64,000 bases of DNA from Terriglobia bacterium (GCA_965218585.1 CBDCLE010000004.1:128001-192000), one strand, 5' to 3'; positions 50,478 through 61,666 are shown, counted from the stretch's first letter. Translations and numbers: made by a program. Notes: generated by a model not told the origin, from the sequence alone.

Positions 50478-51470
50478 ACGATGCGGTAAACTCTCCTCGG
50501 CATGAAAGACAAGGACGCGCTCGATGCCCTGCGCCAGGGCGACTACGAAACGGCTTCCCACCTACTGGCAGATGTCGTCCGAGACAACGGATACAGTTCC
50601 GATGTCCTGAATCACGCCTACACGATTGCTCTCGATTCAGCGGACAAGAAGGACGACCTGGCCGAAGCCGCGTTCGAGATCGGGAAGCATTATCAGGACG
50701 CGAAACCGAGCCTCGCACTGGATTATTTTCAGAGGTCTATCTTCTCTGGGCTGGATCCGGACCGAGTTCGAGGGGTTTGCGAATACCAAGCCCGTTTAAC
50801 CGCGGGTCTTCGGAAGAACCCTCCAGCCGCAATCCGCACCGAACATGTTGCGCACGTGATCGGCTGCTTTCTCCCCGGTCACGCACCCAGCCTCTACATT
50901 CAATTGATGTCGAAGGCCTTGAAGCAGCAGGGTATACGGTCAACCGTATTCACGACCGAGTGGGCATCGGACTGGTTCTTCAACCCACCGGGTCAACAGT
51001 CGCAAGCATTCGAGGTTGATGGGGAAACCATTGTCGGCCCTCGAAGCGGTGGCTTTCTCGAACGTGCAGAGATAGTCGCGACGGCCATTCGGGACAAGGA
51101 CATCGATATCGCTTTCTACCATTGCGGACCGACCGAACAGATCACCGTTCGGGTCGCGGCGCTCGGATCCACACCTGTTCAGATCAACGTCAACCATGCC
51201 ACCGAAGTGGACGCCGACATCTTCGACGGATTCGCCCATCTGTTTCAGAACGGCCTTGAACGTAACCGCTTTCCGCACCGTCCCTCCCGGTGGATCCCCC
51301 TGATCTCTGATATCGAAGAACGGCTCACCTCGTGTGTGCCTCGACGACGGGAGGAACTCGATCTCGAACGAGCCGAAACTGTTTCGGGCACTTACGGCAA
51401 CCTTTTCAAGGTCAGTCCCGAGTACGTGCAGACGCTGGTCCGAATCATGGAAAGATTCCCCGGGCATTAC

Positions 51471-53027
51471 GCTATAAGGAAGGACGCCCCTTTGTCGGCT
51501 GTTGCCAGGAGGAAAATCTCCCGACAACAACCCATTCAACGTAGCTGCGTTGAATTCAAAGACAAAGGAGCACGTAAATGAAACAGGCCAAGTATATCGG
51601 CATGGATGTGCACCAGGCAACGACGGTGGTGATGGTCTTAAACGCAGACGGCAAACTGGTCTGGGAAAAGATCGTAGAGACCCAGGCCGGGCCAATCATT
51701 GATTTGCTGGAGAGTCTGAGTGGTGAGCTGCACGTGACGTTTGAAGAAACCACGCAGGCCGAATGGCTCTACAACGTGGTCCGGGGATATGTGAGCGAAG
51801 TGATCGTGTGTGATCCCAGACGGAACAAACTGCTCAGTGACGGGTCCAAGACCGACCGGGTGGATGCCCTGAAACTGGCCGAGCTGCTCCGGGCCGGATG
51901 GCTGCGGTCGGTCTACCACGGGCACGATGCGACGCGGACGTTGAAAGAACTGGTCCGCGGATATGAGACCTTGACCCTGGATACGCAGCGGACGATGGTT
52001 CGGATCAAGGCAATGTATCGAGGACGTGGGATCCGGACGCCGGGCCACGGCGTCTACCTCCCATCGCAGCGGGAACACTGGATCGAACAGCTCGCCAATA
52101 CCGGTGCACGGCGGCGTACCGGATGGTTGTATGAGGAGCTGGATCATCTGAGAGGGTTAAGAAAAAAAGCGAAGCTGGCGATGTTAACCGAGAGCCGCAA
52201 GCATCGTGCGGTGGGGATATTGCAGACGATTCCCCAGTTGGGACCGATACGTTGCGCCTTGATTGTAGCGACGGGGGACACCCCGCATCGATTTCGAACC
52301 AAACGCCAGCTCTGGAACTACAGCGGTCTGGCCGTGGCAATGCACATGAGTGCGGAGTATGAGCAGGAAGGGAGTCGTGTGGTACGTCGTCGAAAGCCGA
52401 TCGCCACGCGGGGACTGAACCGCAACGGCAACCGACGTTTGAAAGATGTGTTCATCGGGGCGGCGACCGGAGGCATGGGGGCCGAACCTTGGAAAAGCTA
52501 CCTGGAGGGGCTCCAGAAAGACGGCAAGCGTAAGGAGATGGCTCGGCTGACACTGGCGAGGAAGATTGCAGCGACCGCACTGAAGATGTGGAAGAAAGGA
52601 GACACGTTTAACGCAAAGAAACTGAACTTGGCGACATAGCCGTTTCCAGACTTCTGCCGACAGCGCGAGGCATTCGACCGCTCGTCGTCGGTGAGGCGTC
52701 GGAACGGTAGGGTCGAGGGTGAGGATCCGATACGCGGTTGGCACACAGCGCTTGCTGAAGGCCCATGTAATACTCTATCCCCCCTCGCACGACCTGGAAA
52801 AGCGATAGCCCTCGAGGCTCAGATAGAACCGTGGTCGGCAATCACGACCCCTTTGCGCTTTTCAGTTTCTCGAAACCACACCACGTTGTGATGAGTGATC
52901 GACTTCTCTGCGATGCCGGATCAACAGTTCGTCTCAACGGAGACAGGGGCTGGCTGCCACGACAGTGTTGGGTCCGGTGGTCCGCTCGGCGGGGACGTGT
53001 TTCTCTTGACAGCCCCTTCCATAGAAC
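51471..53027 (+). mobile_element. IS110-family (IS1111-like) element, intact; recombinase 51578-52639
   Basis: YIGMDVHQ, TFEE, KTDRVDA, WNYSGLAV..MSA, LARK; AC core at both junctions; no TSD. Confidence 0.92.
52660..52870 (+). ncRNA. Predicted seekRNA region (boundaries approximate)
   Basis: ATACGCGGT (52730) approximates the reverse complement of the right flank; ATAGAAC (52823) equals the element right end. Confidence 0.7.
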
Positions 53028-53662
53028 CACGTATTCGCTGGAGCGGGGGACGAAGCGCCAATCCGGGAACCTCTCGAAGCTGCCGGACTGCTATCCCGCG
53101 TTCGTTTCCTTGGATACATGAACGACATCGCCGACGTTCTGGAGATGACTGACGTGTACCTCAACACGTTCCCTGTGTCCGGGGGGCAGTCCGTGCTCGA
53201 GCCTATGGCCGCTGCAAAACCCGTAGTCATCTTGCGCCACAGGGAGGCGACTCACTTCAATGCGGGAGCTGAACTGGCGGGACTCGAGGAAGTATTGGCC
53301 GATAGCGAAGACGGCTACCTAGAACTGGCAACCAGGTTCATCAAAGATGCCGCACTTCGACAAAAGCTCGGAGAGAAACTTCAGAAAAGATTTCGGGATA
53401 ATTTCCGACCCACCGATCTGGGACCCAAGTACGTCGACTTTATGCGCGAGGTCGTCGAGACAACGACGGCTTAGACAAGTATGTACACGGCCGAAGTCGA
53501 ACCGAGGCCTGGCCAAAGATCGACTTCCGCTCTTTGTGGATAATGTGTTCGACCGGAATGGCAGATGAGTATTCCTGGCGAAAAGAAACGCGAAAAGCAT
53601 TCTTGATTTAGCTTGTTCCAGATCTCATAGCACGCTAGCAGTAGACGATAAGGAGGGGTCGC

Positions 53663-54076
53663 ATGAAGCGCTTGACACTGACTCTATGTCTCTCAGTTTT
53701 TCTTGGTGGAACCCAAGCCCAAGCCCACCATTCTTTTGCTGCCGTATACTCAGAGGAAGAGACAGTCTCTATTGAAGGGGAAATCGTTCGTTTCGACTAC
53801 AGCAACCCTCATGCCTGGTTATACGTGAGTGCTCCCGATGCGCAAGGGACGGTGCAGCGATTCGGCGCAGAGTGGTCTAACCCTAATCGCCTAAGCAGGC
53901 AAGGGATCACGGCAACGACGCTACAAGTGGGAGACTACGTCATCGTTTCCGGAAGTCCGGCACGAGATTCCACCAAACTTGACATTCACCTGAAAGGAAT
54001 CGAACGTCCGTCGGACGGATGGCAATGGGAAGAGAACCGCAACCGCCGGCGAGGCCGGGGGCGTGGGCGGCGTTAA
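53663..54076 (+). CDS. DUF6152-family secreted protein
   Basis: Signal peptide, AHHSFAA, NPHAWL, L.RQG, GD.V.V.G.PAR. Confidence 0.85.
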   Translation: MKRLTLTLCLSVFLGGTQAQAHHSFAAVYSEEETVSIEGEIVRFDYSNPHAWLYVSAPDAQGTVQRFGAEWSNPNRLSRQGITATTLQVGDYVIVSGSPARDSTKLDIHLKGIERPSDGWQWEENRNRRRGRGRGRR

Positions 54077-54369
54077 GTCGGTCCTTCATTTCAGGAGACA
54101 CTTCTGAGCGTTGCAGATCCTCGATCCCCTCTAGATCCTTGCGGCTACGTTCAGCGACGTCCCTGCAACGTCTTCATCCATCACCGGATGTCCCTACAAC
54201 ATAGTTGAACGCTCTTCGGGCAAACTAGGAACGGTTCCTAAACGCTCTGTGACTGGTGACAGTCGGGGCACCGTTAATCGTCCATTGAGTTACATGATTC
54301 AGCAGCAGCGTAACCAGTGATATCCTCGACGCGCCGAACGGATCCAGGAACGGAACAAAGGAGCCAGTC

Positions 54370-55284
54370 ATGGAACAAAGGAGAATTCCCGCGGAAGCGG
54401 TAGAACTGTACACACGTTACATTCACGGTGAGGTCAGTCGTCGTGACTTTTTCGCTGGGGTGAAGCGTTTTGCCGTCGCCGGCCTTACTGCCGCGGCGAT
54501 TGTCGAAGCGTTGATGCCGAACTATGCGCTGGGGCAGCAGGTTTCCAAGGATGACGAGCGGATCAAGGCGACGTATGAAACTATCCCCTCACCAAATGGA
54601 AATGGATTCATCCGGGGCTATCTTGTCCGACCATTCAGCGCCGATTCACGCAGCGAGACTCCATCACGACTGCCCGGAGTCATTGTCGTGCACGAAAATC
54701 GGGGACTGAATCCGCATACCGAGGACGTTGCGCGGCGCTTCGCCCTCGAAAACTTCATGGCGTTTGCGCCGGACGCGCTGACGTCGGTCGGTGGTTATCC
54801 GAGCGACGACTACAGAGGGGGACAGTTATTCAGGATGGTCGATCGCGCCAAGATGACTGAGGATTTCGTCGCCTCCTCAAGCTGGTTGAAATCGCGTCCG
54901 GACTGTACAGGGAACATCTGCGCCACCGGTTTTTGCTTCGGAGGTGGTATGTCCAATACCTTGGCTGTTCTGCTGGGGACGGATTTGGCAGCGGCAGCCC
55001 CGTTTTATGGCGGCGCGCCCATGCCCGAAGACGTCCCGAAAATCACAGCGGCTATGCTCATACACCACGGCGCACTCGATGAACGGCTGGTCAACGCATA
55101 TCCCGCGTATGAGGCGGAACTTCAGAGAAATAACATCACGCACGAAGGCCACATTTATCCGGAATCTGTTCACGGTTTCTTCAATGACGCCACGCCGGAA
55201 CGCTACAACAAGGCCGCAGCCCAGGAGGCATGGACGCACACCATTAATTGGTTCAAGCAGTACGCGGGCGGAGCCTCAGCCTAA
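54370..55284 (+). CDS. Dienelactone hydrolase family protein (YghX-like)
   Basis: SRRDFF, VVHENRGLNPH, GFCFGG nucleophile, HGFFND. Confidence 0.92.
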   Translation: MEQRRIPAEAVELYTRYIHGEVSRRDFFAGVKRFAVAGLTAAAIVEALMPNYALGQQVSKDDERIKATYETIPSPNGNGFIRGYLVRPFSADSRSETPSRLPGVIVVHENRGLNPHTEDVARRFALENFMAFAPDALTSVGGYPSDDYRGGQLFRMVDRAKMTEDFVASSSWLKSRPDCTGNICATGFCFGGGMSNTLAVLLGTDLAAAAPFYGGAPMPEDVPKITAAMLIHHGALDERLVNAYPAYEAELQRNNITHEGHIYPESVHGFFNDATPERYNKAAAQEAWTHTINWFKQYAGGASA

Positions 55285-55362
55285 CTAGGAGGGATAGCAT
55301 ATAGGGCTGGAGTGGTCCCGAAGCGCGGTCTATGAGCTGTGCTGGGCCACAATCCACTCCGT

Positions 55363-55450
55363 GTCCTCGGAAACGACATTCTCGGGCGTTGAACAAGGGC
55401 CCGAAAACAGGGTTTTCAATGTCCGAGAAGGGGTATCAGGCACCGAGATC
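55363..55450. repeat. Two divergent degenerate copies of the lox/dif-like site
   Basis: Minus strand 55392-55363 TCAACGCCCGAGAA-TGTCGT-TTCCGAGGAC; plus strand 55416 TCAATGTCCGAGAA-GGGGTA-TCAGGCACCGAGATC. Confidence 0.65.
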
Positions 55451-55653
55451 GAATTTCAGCGGCGAGCAGCGTGAAACCGCATTTACGAAATCGGCATTTT
55501 TCTTTGTCGACGCACCCGGTCAGTATATGCTGCCTGAAAAATCATGATATTTGAAGTCCCCGTCATGGTGGTCTGTCATGGCTCGTGGACGAATCCGGTA
55601 GATCGGGAGTAGATTGTGACCTGCTGCTATTCTTCTCGGATTGTCGGAGGCAG

Positions 55654-56046
55654 ATGATAAAAACGAAACTTGCCGGAATCATACTGGTTGGGATACTTGC
55701 CGGTAGCCTCCCCGTCTATGGACACCACTCCTTCGCTGCCATATTTGATGCCAATGATCGGATCGATCTGACCGGGACCGTGACCAAGGTCGAGTGGATG
55801 AGCCCCCACACCTGGTTTTACATTGACGTCGAGAACGAGCGTGGCGAGGTCGAAAACTGGGGTTTCGAGATGAGTGGCCCCAACATGTTGCTACGTCGCG
55901 GTTGGACTCGCAACTCGCTTCAGGTGGGAGATGTGGTAACCGTCGTCGGCTCCCGCGCAAGGAATGGCAGCCTCAACGGGGCTGGCCAGACCGTCACGCT
56001 TTCGACAGGTCAAAGGCTATTTGCCGGTCAGAACCCGACCAACTAA
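55654..56046 (+). CDS. DUF6152-family secreted protein
   Basis: GHHSFAA.FD, W.SPHTW, L.RRGW....LQVGD.V.V.G..AR. Confidence 0.85.
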   Translation: MIKTKLAGIILVGILAGSLPVYGHHSFAAIFDANDRIDLTGTVTKVEWMSPHTWFYIDVENERGEVENWGFEMSGPNMLLRRGWTRNSLQVGDVVTVVGSRARNGSLNGAGQTVTLSTGQRLFAGQNPTN

Positions 56047-56251
56047 TGGATTCGGCGCCAGCCGTTTCCTAAGAACGCACTCCGCCCGTTTGGTGTTCGG
56101 ACGCACGGTTCCAGGTTCCTCTCAATATCGACCGTCATCATCCGGTCGCCTTCACGATTGAACGGTTCACCCCCGGTTGAGCGACGGGACAGGTTGCGTT
56201 CCGCCGACTCTGAAAAGGGGCTGAAAATCACCACCGTCCGGAAATACCCGG

Positions 56252-57013
56252 TTAATTCGGAATCAGTTCGAGGTACTTGTTGTTCGTGCATACCCAATCC
56301 AGCAGTTCCGTGTCCGGCAAGAACTCCCAGTCGAGGGAAACCGTCCACTCCTCGGCGTACGTCTTCGGATCATCGATCGTGATCTCGACCTCCATGTGTC
56401 CAAAGTCGACCCGGTGGAATCGTTCGATGAGGTGGAGGGCATCGCTGTGCGGATGGCCGTTGTCGTCGAGCCATGTCCCCTCGTGGACTCCGACGGTGTC
56501 CACGACCAGCGTATCGCCCTCCCACCTCCCGACGGAATACCCGAACCAGGCCGGCTCGCGCTCGTCCGGCAGGGGGCGGCCGTCGGTCAAGATCTGACGG
56601 TAGGAGTGGTAAGCCTCAAACAGCATCACGATCTGGTCGGGAGTCTGGATGACTTTCCTCGGGGTGGGGTGCGAATCGAAATCGGTCACGCTGTGCGGGA
56701 GGCATCCAGCGCTGGGGCGGTCCCGGCCCTCGTTTGAGAGACGCTCCCGGTACAACTCGTCGGCCCACGGTTCCATGCGTACTTCGGTGTCCGCCGCGAG
56801 GTTGAAGAGATACCTCGGAGAGGGCGTGATCCAGATTCCGGAGAGATCCGGTGTCCCATCCGCGGTCCGCGGCACGGGCGCCTCGAGATCGGGCGAGCCG
56901 TCGGGCAGGCGCGGGATTCCCGGTGACGGATAGTTGAGCCATTGCGCCTCGGCCGTCGAGAAACCCAGCAACAAGGCCACCATTCCCGCTGCAATAGCCA
57001 GCTTGGTCTTCAT
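56252..57013 (-). CDS. Conserved secreted beta-rich hypothetical protein (common DUF6152 neighbour)
   Basis: Signal peptide; PRTADG.PDLSGIW, GYSVGRWEGDTLVVDT, GHPHSD.LHL.ERF. Confidence 0.8.
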   Translation of the reverse strand: MKTKLAIAAGMVALLLGFSTAEAQWLNYPSPGIPRLPDGSPDLEAPVPRTADGTPDLSGIWITPSPRYLFNLAADTEVRMEPWADELYRERLSNEGRDRPSAGCLPHSVTDFDSHPTPRKVIQTPDQIVMLFEAYHSYRQILTDGRPLPDEREPAWFGYSVGRWEGDTLVVDTVGVHEGTWLDDNGHPHSDALHLIERFHRVDFGHMEVEITIDDPKTYAEEWTVSLDWEFLPDTELLDWVCTNNKYLELIPN

Positions 57014-57089
57014 GCGTCCCTCCTAGTCAATGATCCGATCCGTTCGCGCTCAAACGATGCGCACATGCCTGTGGAACGCCAGATTACTT

Positions 57090-58472
57090 TCATCTCTCTG
57101 GCGCGACGCGAAACTCCTCGTTGCGCGCAGGGACCACCGCGGTCTCGATGGGGCGCTCAAGCTGGGGCACCCAGTCGTATGGTACACGGTATGCCCGGTA
57201 GAAATTATTGATGTCGCCACGGTAGTAGGGATTGATGTACTCCCAGACGATCTCGTTGTCCATGGTTACCTCGAAGATCCGGCCTGTAGCTCCCTCGGCA
57301 ACCATCGTGTTGCCGTTAGGCAGTCGCTGGGCTGAGCTGACGTTCCGACTGAAGAACTTTACCCGTCCCTGGCCGGGAACCGAGTACTCCCAGACCTTTT
57401 CAAATGTCACTGGATCAATCTCGAGGACGCGAGACCAAAAGCGGCCTACCGAGGACCGACCCGTGGGCGCAGTCGGGGACGGTGCTCCGTAGCCGGCCGC
57501 CCCGCCGTTGTCAAAAACCAGCAAGTTGCCAGCGCCGGGCAACCCCTCCGGGATAAGGTGCGGGTGATGCTGGCCCACGATTTGGCCCAACTCTGCCAAG
57601 GCCGGTACGTCCCGGTAGTCGGGTCCCATTTTCCAAACAATCGTGCCTGTGCGATCGATGATGCCGATGATGTTGGCTTGACGGCTGCTAAAGATGACGT
57701 TCTCCGGGTGGAACCGTTCGTCTCCTTCGTCGTACCAACGGTTCGATCCGAGATATGTCGCACTGTTGATGTGCAGCCAGTCAGCGCTGCCCCGGTTTTC
57801 ATTCCAGCCGGGATAGCGATAGATCGTGTTGCGTGCATCGCCGCTGAAGCCGAACTCCTCGACATGGTCGCTGGCCAGCCACTCCCACACGACGTCCCCC
57901 TCCCAAGTAACCTCCAGGATGTAATCGTCTTCGAGTAGCTTGTCGGAAATCTCAGGCTTCAGGACGTTACGGTGCGCAAGAATCAGCGTTCGTCCCCCAT
58001 CCACCATCGGCTCGGCGTTTGGTGCATAATAACCCACGGGGCTGCCCTCACGTTGCCAGTCGTGGTGCTGCCGGGCCATCCACCCGGGGTCTTCGCCTTC
58101 TTCTTCCACTTGCTCGGTCCGATCGAACTTCCAGACGACCTCGCCATCCCAGTTCAATTGCAGCAGCTCCAGCCCCTCCTGGTGACCCTGCCGCGACCTG
58201 CTGCCACCAACGACGTAACCGCCCGGCAAAATACGAAACGGACTCGGCGAAGCCCCCACTTCTGTCCAGTGCCTCAGCAGGTTGCCGTTCATGTCAATGA
58301 GAGCAGCCCCCGCCGTAGTGTTATCCCCCTCTCGAATATCGAAGACGGTATAGCCACTCCAGGTCTTATCTGGATCAAACACAGTTGTCCCAGTCGGGAA
58401 GATCGATTGATAGGTGAATAGTAATGACGGCGTCAGAACAAGTATCGCGGTCCCGAGAACGAATCGTCTCAT
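57090..58472 (-). CDS. Aryl-sulfate sulfotransferase (ASST) family beta-propeller protein
   Basis: ARQHHDWQREG, DWLHINS, SSRQAN, GQHH, LVFDNG, SSAQRLPNGNT. Confidence 0.85.
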   Translation of the reverse strand: MRRFVLGTAILVLTPSLLFTYQSIFPTGTTVFDPDKTWSGYTVFDIREGDNTTAGAALIDMNGNLLRHWTEVGASPSPFRILPGGYVVGGSRSRQGHQEGLELLQLNWDGEVVWKFDRTEQVEEEGEDPGWMARQHHDWQREGSPVGYYAPNAEPMVDGGRTLILAHRNVLKPEISDKLLEDDYILEVTWEGDVVWEWLASDHVEEFGFSGDARNTIYRYPGWNENRGSADWLHINSATYLGSNRWYDEGDERFHPENVIFSSRQANIIGIIDRTGTIVWKMGPDYRDVPALAELGQIVGQHHPHLIPEGLPGAGNLLVFDNGGAAGYGAPSPTAPTGRSSVGRFWSRVLEIDPVTFEKVWEYSVPGQGRVKFFSRNVSSAQRLPNGNTMVAEGATGRIFEVTMDNEIVWEYINPYYRGDINNFYRAYRVPYDWVPQLERPIETAVVPARNEEFRVAPER

Positions 58473-58619
58473 GTCTTGTTTCCTCTCCTGCAACTCGGCA
58501 CACCGGGGTTGCTCACGACCCAACTGAGTGGCGGAGCCCCTGCTTGTCGCTCGTATTAACGAAATCTGAGAAAGCTGAAGGCAGTCTATAGAAGCAGTCA
58601 GTAGCGAAGCAACGAAATC

Positions 58620-58653
58620 TCAACGTCCGAGAAGATGATTTCTCAGGACTTGA
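58620..58653 (+). repeat. 34-bp lox/dif-like quasi-palindromic site
   Basis: TCAACGTCCGAGAA-GATGAT-TTCTCAGGACTTGA; first 30 nt identical to the copy at 60805. Confidence 0.8.
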
Positions 58654-58757
58654 CCTCGCAAATCTAGGGAACCGGCACTCGTTCCTTAAGTTCCCCAGAA
58701 CCAGTTCAGGAGTGATATGGAGAGGTTCCTTCCTGCAACGAGCGAGTCCTCCGTCGA

Positions 58758-60422
58758 TCAGTCCTGATCGCCGGAGGCGTCGTAGACGATCCTTCCTCCT
58801 ACGATCGTCATCAGAGGTTGGATGTCCTTGATCTCGCCGGCTGGAATCGTCAGGTAATCGCGGTCCAGAACTAGCAGATCCGCCAACTTGCCCGGTTGAA
58901 TTGAACCCAGATTGTTTTCCTGAAACACGAGGTAGGCATTTTCGCGCGTGTGGGCGATCAAGGCTTCCTCGCGGCCGATCGCCTGCCTGAGGACCTCGGT
59001 GCCGCCTACCATCTTCCCGGTCACGGCCCACCAGAGGGTCGTGAATGGCCGGTACTGATTCACCTCGAACGTGTCGCTTCCCAGGCCCCACACGATGCCG
59101 CTGTCCTCGATGAGCGCCAGCGGCGGCATATCGTAGGAACGGTCGCCGTGCGCGCGGTTGAAGATCTGGCCCATGACGGTGGGCCGCGTATGTACCGCGA
59201 GGTACATCCCGAGATCCTTCATGCGCTCGATGTGTGAGGCGTTCACCTGGTCGACATGAGCCAATGCCCAGCGCAGATTCCGGATGGGGTACTCCTCGTT
59301 AATCAGCTCGATCTGGTCGAGGAACCCAGTAATCGTGTTCTCGATTGTGGCGTGCACATGCAGCGGTAATCCAGCACGGGCAACCTCAGTCGCGACGCGT
59401 CGCCACTGGAAAAGCTGCTCTGGTGTTGGACTGGTTGTGCGTGCCAGCATGCTGTCGTGCAGCGGGCGGTATACGCTTTCTCCGTAGGCGGTCAGATCTA
59501 CCCAGTTGTCGCCCTGAAACGGTTTCAACTCGGCGATCTGCGGCAGAAGGCGATCCACTTGGGCTGGGGTGCCGGATGCTCCCGCCGGCAGAAAACAGAA
59601 GAAGCGCATATTGAGCCGACCCTCAGCTGCAAATTGCCGGAACCTGTCCACGAGGTTCGCCGGGCAGGGACCGCCGGCCGTGGTAAGACCCGCTCGGTTC
59701 ATATCGCGGATCATTGCCAGACTGCTGGATTCGAACAATTCTTCTGGCGGTGCGGGACGCGCTCGCCCAACTTGGTTGATGCCTTCAGCTTCGATCACGC
59801 CTGTCGGTCTTCCGCCATCATCGCGCACGATCCACGGAGCGTTCATCTCATTCAAGCCGATGGCCTCGATAGCGCGGCTGTTGAGATAGGTGTGGGAGCG
59901 TGTGTACTGCAACAGTACCGGGTTGTTGGGAGCAACCCGGTCCAACTCGTCGCGTGTGAAATGACTCACGTCGTCTGTGAATTGATCCGTCGCCCAACCG
60001 CCCAGCGTGAAAACCCATTCGCCCGGACCCAGATCGATTGCCCGCTGGCGTATCATCTCGAGCGCCTCGGTCCGCAATTCCACCCCATCCAGACGCAGTT
60101 CCAACTGCCAGATTGGACCTTCTTCCATGATGTGAGCATGGTTATCGATCAGGCCGGGAATAACAGTACGTCCTCCGAGGTCGATCGTTCTGGTATTGGG
60201 CCCGGCCAGTCGCGCAACTTCCTCGGTCGTGCCGACTCCCACGATACGTTCGCCCAGGACAGCCACCGCTTCTGCGATCGTGAAGCGGTCATCTACAGTA
60301 ACGATCTTTCCGTTGGACAGAACCAGATCCGGAGCCTGATCCTGTGCATGAGCCATCGATGCAGCAACGGAACTTGCTAACAGCACAAGAGCCACTGTCG
60401 TTTTCCAGTTCAAATGTTTCAC
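58758..60422 (-). CDS. Amidohydrolase 3 (YtcJ-like), secreted
   Basis: DLGGRTVIPGLIDNHAH, HVHA, LAH, GSD, GSIQPGKLADLLVLD. Confidence 0.9.
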   Translation of the reverse strand: MKHLNWKTTVALVLLASSVAASMAHAQDQAPDLVLSNGKIVTVDDRFTIAEAVAVLGERIVGVGTTEEVARLAGPNTRTIDLGGRTVIPGLIDNHAHIMEEGPIWQLELRLDGVELRTEALEMIRQRAIDLGPGEWVFTLGGWATDQFTDDVSHFTRDELDRVAPNNPVLLQYTRSHTYLNSRAIEAIGLNEMNAPWIVRDDGGRPTGVIEAEGINQVGRARPAPPEELFESSSLAMIRDMNRAGLTTAGGPCPANLVDRFRQFAAEGRLNMRFFCFLPAGASGTPAQVDRLLPQIAELKPFQGDNWVDLTAYGESVYRPLHDSMLARTTSPTPEQLFQWRRVATEVARAGLPLHVHATIENTITGFLDQIELINEEYPIRNLRWALAHVDQVNASHIERMKDLGMYLAVHTRPTVMGQIFNRAHGDRSYDMPPLALIEDSGIVWGLGSDTFEVNQYRPFTTLWWAVTGKMVGGTEVLRQAIGREEALIAHTRENAYLVFQENNLGSIQPGKLADLLVLDRDYLTIPAGEIKDIQPLMTIVGGRIVYDASGDQD

Positions 60423-60434
60423 AGCACCTCTCCC

Positions 60435-60773
60435 TTAAAAAATTCTCCTGTTGCTCGATTCCCGCACCAAGACACGATGCCACACTCCTCTGGGTACTAC
60501 GACTGCTTGTCCGGGAGCGACCTCAATGATGTTCTCGTCGCCGTCTTCTTCCAAGATGACATCCACACGCCCTGAGATTAGGAAAAGAATTTCGTCGGCG
60601 TCTGGGTGCATCTCTCCGCCGTGTCGCTGAGGCGGATTCAACATTACCAATGGGGCCCCAATGACGAAGCCATCTACTCGTGGCGGAGGGCTTGATTCCC
60701 ACGGTACGAGACTCGCGCTGCCGTTGCGCTTCAGTCCGATAAGGGACCGCGATAGATCCAATGTCCTAGCCAT
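60435..60773 (-). CDS. Cupin-domain protein (C-terminus possibly clipped)
   Basis: GEMHPDADEILFLISG and PGQAVVVPRGVWH cupin motifs. Confidence 0.85.
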   Translation of the reverse strand: MARTLDLSRSLIGLKRNGSASLVPWESSPPPRVDGFVIGAPLVMLNPPQRHGGEMHPDADEILFLISGRVDVILEEDGDENIIEVAPGQAVVVPRGVWHRVLVRESSNRRIF

Positions 60774-60804
60774 GAGAACTCGATAACAGCCTGACGCCTC
60801 AAGG

Positions 60805-60838
60805 TCAACGTCCGAGAAGATGATTTCTCAGGACCTGA
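60805..60838 (+). repeat. 34-bp lox/dif-like site
   Basis: TCAACGTCCGAGAA-GATGAT-TTCTCAGGACCTGA. Confidence 0.8.
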
Positions 60839-60851
60839 GAATCACGTTCTC

Positions 60852-61199
60852 CTAACCGAAGAAACACGCGTACTCATCAGTGCCAACGATTTGTAGAACT
60901 TCCTCTAGGTTGTCAGCTTCCGGGACGGGATCATAGCGGTGCCACCGGAGATCGGCTCTCTGCCAATAGATCTTCCACACGCCCTTGGCCTTGACATAGG
61001 TCGCCTTTGCGACCCCCGCCTCGATTTTGCTTCCGGGCTCATTCGGCGACGGATGGATCTCGAATATTTCGACGCTCTGTCCGCTCACCCTACTACTGAG
61101 ATCGATCTTATTGCGATGTTGAGCCTGTGGCCGGAGGCGTTCGACAAACCGACGCGCCACCATCTCATACTTCTTCGATTCAAATTCACTGAAGGCCAT
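60852..61199 (-). CDS. DUF3024-domain protein
   Basis: MAFSEFE..QSVEIFEI.P..VAKATYVK....WKIYWQRADLRWHRYDP..DEYACFFG. Confidence 0.85.
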   Translation of the reverse strand: MAFSEFESKKYEMVARRFVERLRPQAQHRNKIDLSSRVSGQSVEIFEIHPSPNEPGSKIEAGVAKATYVKAKGVWKIYWQRADLRWHRYDPVPEADNLEEVLQIVGTDEYACFFG

Positions 61200-61268
61200 A
61201 CTTTAGATTACAGATTAACGTGAAGTTTACTTCTCTTGTGTCGCTATGGAACACGGTGCATCCGCATG

Positions 61269-61302
61269 TCAACGTCCGAGAAGGTGATTTAATAGGCGTT
61301 GA
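61269..61302 (+). repeat. 34-bp lox/dif-like site
   Basis: TCAACGTCCGAGAA-GGTGAT-TTAATAGGCGTTGA followed by GAATCATTTTCA. Confidence 0.8.
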
Positions 61303-61465
61303 GAATCATTTTCAAGGTCGTCCGCTGGTCCGGAACACTATACCTCGCTAGCGGGGAAAACTGCCGAGGCTGGTAAGCCTCGGCAGTGACATCCGGCCTT
61401 CGCCGGGGTGACTACGCTATAATCCGGCCTGACCATTTTTTCACATCACACAGAGGGACTGTGCC

Positions 61466-61651
61466 ATGAAGCGCCTCGTCGCTGTACTCGGATCCCTTCG
61501 TGGAAGAGCGCAAGATTCTGTTGCGTACCACAACACGCAGAACGACGCCAACAACATCCGCAGCGTGTGGCGCGACTTCAACGGCGATTTCGGCGAGGAC
61601 CTGCTGGCCTCCCAATACCGGGCGCACCCGCATCTCGCGCCGGAGGAATAG
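61466..61651 (+). pseudogene. DUF3500-like gene collapsed by a large internal deletion
   Basis: Signal-peptide-like start joined to NTQNDANNIRSVWRDFNGDFGEDLL, which resembles the DUF3500 C-terminal motif. Confidence 0.65.
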
Positions 61652-61666
61652 AGGAGGAATACAGCT

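Larger units (their letters stand above)
50502..53474 (+). pseudogene. TPR-like plus GT-B glycosyltransferase split by an IS110 element
   Basis: Removing 51471-53027 restores RFPGHY|HVFAGAG...VRFLGY..DVYLNTFPVSGGQSVLEPMAAAKPVV. Confidence 0.85.

Noticed and set aside
61360-61387. Perfect 12-bp hairpin ACTGCCGAGGCT-GGTA-AGCCTCGGCAGT as an ncRNA or REP
   Set aside because: Single copy in the window; most simply a terminator-like stem (T-run follows on the minus strand), with no further support.
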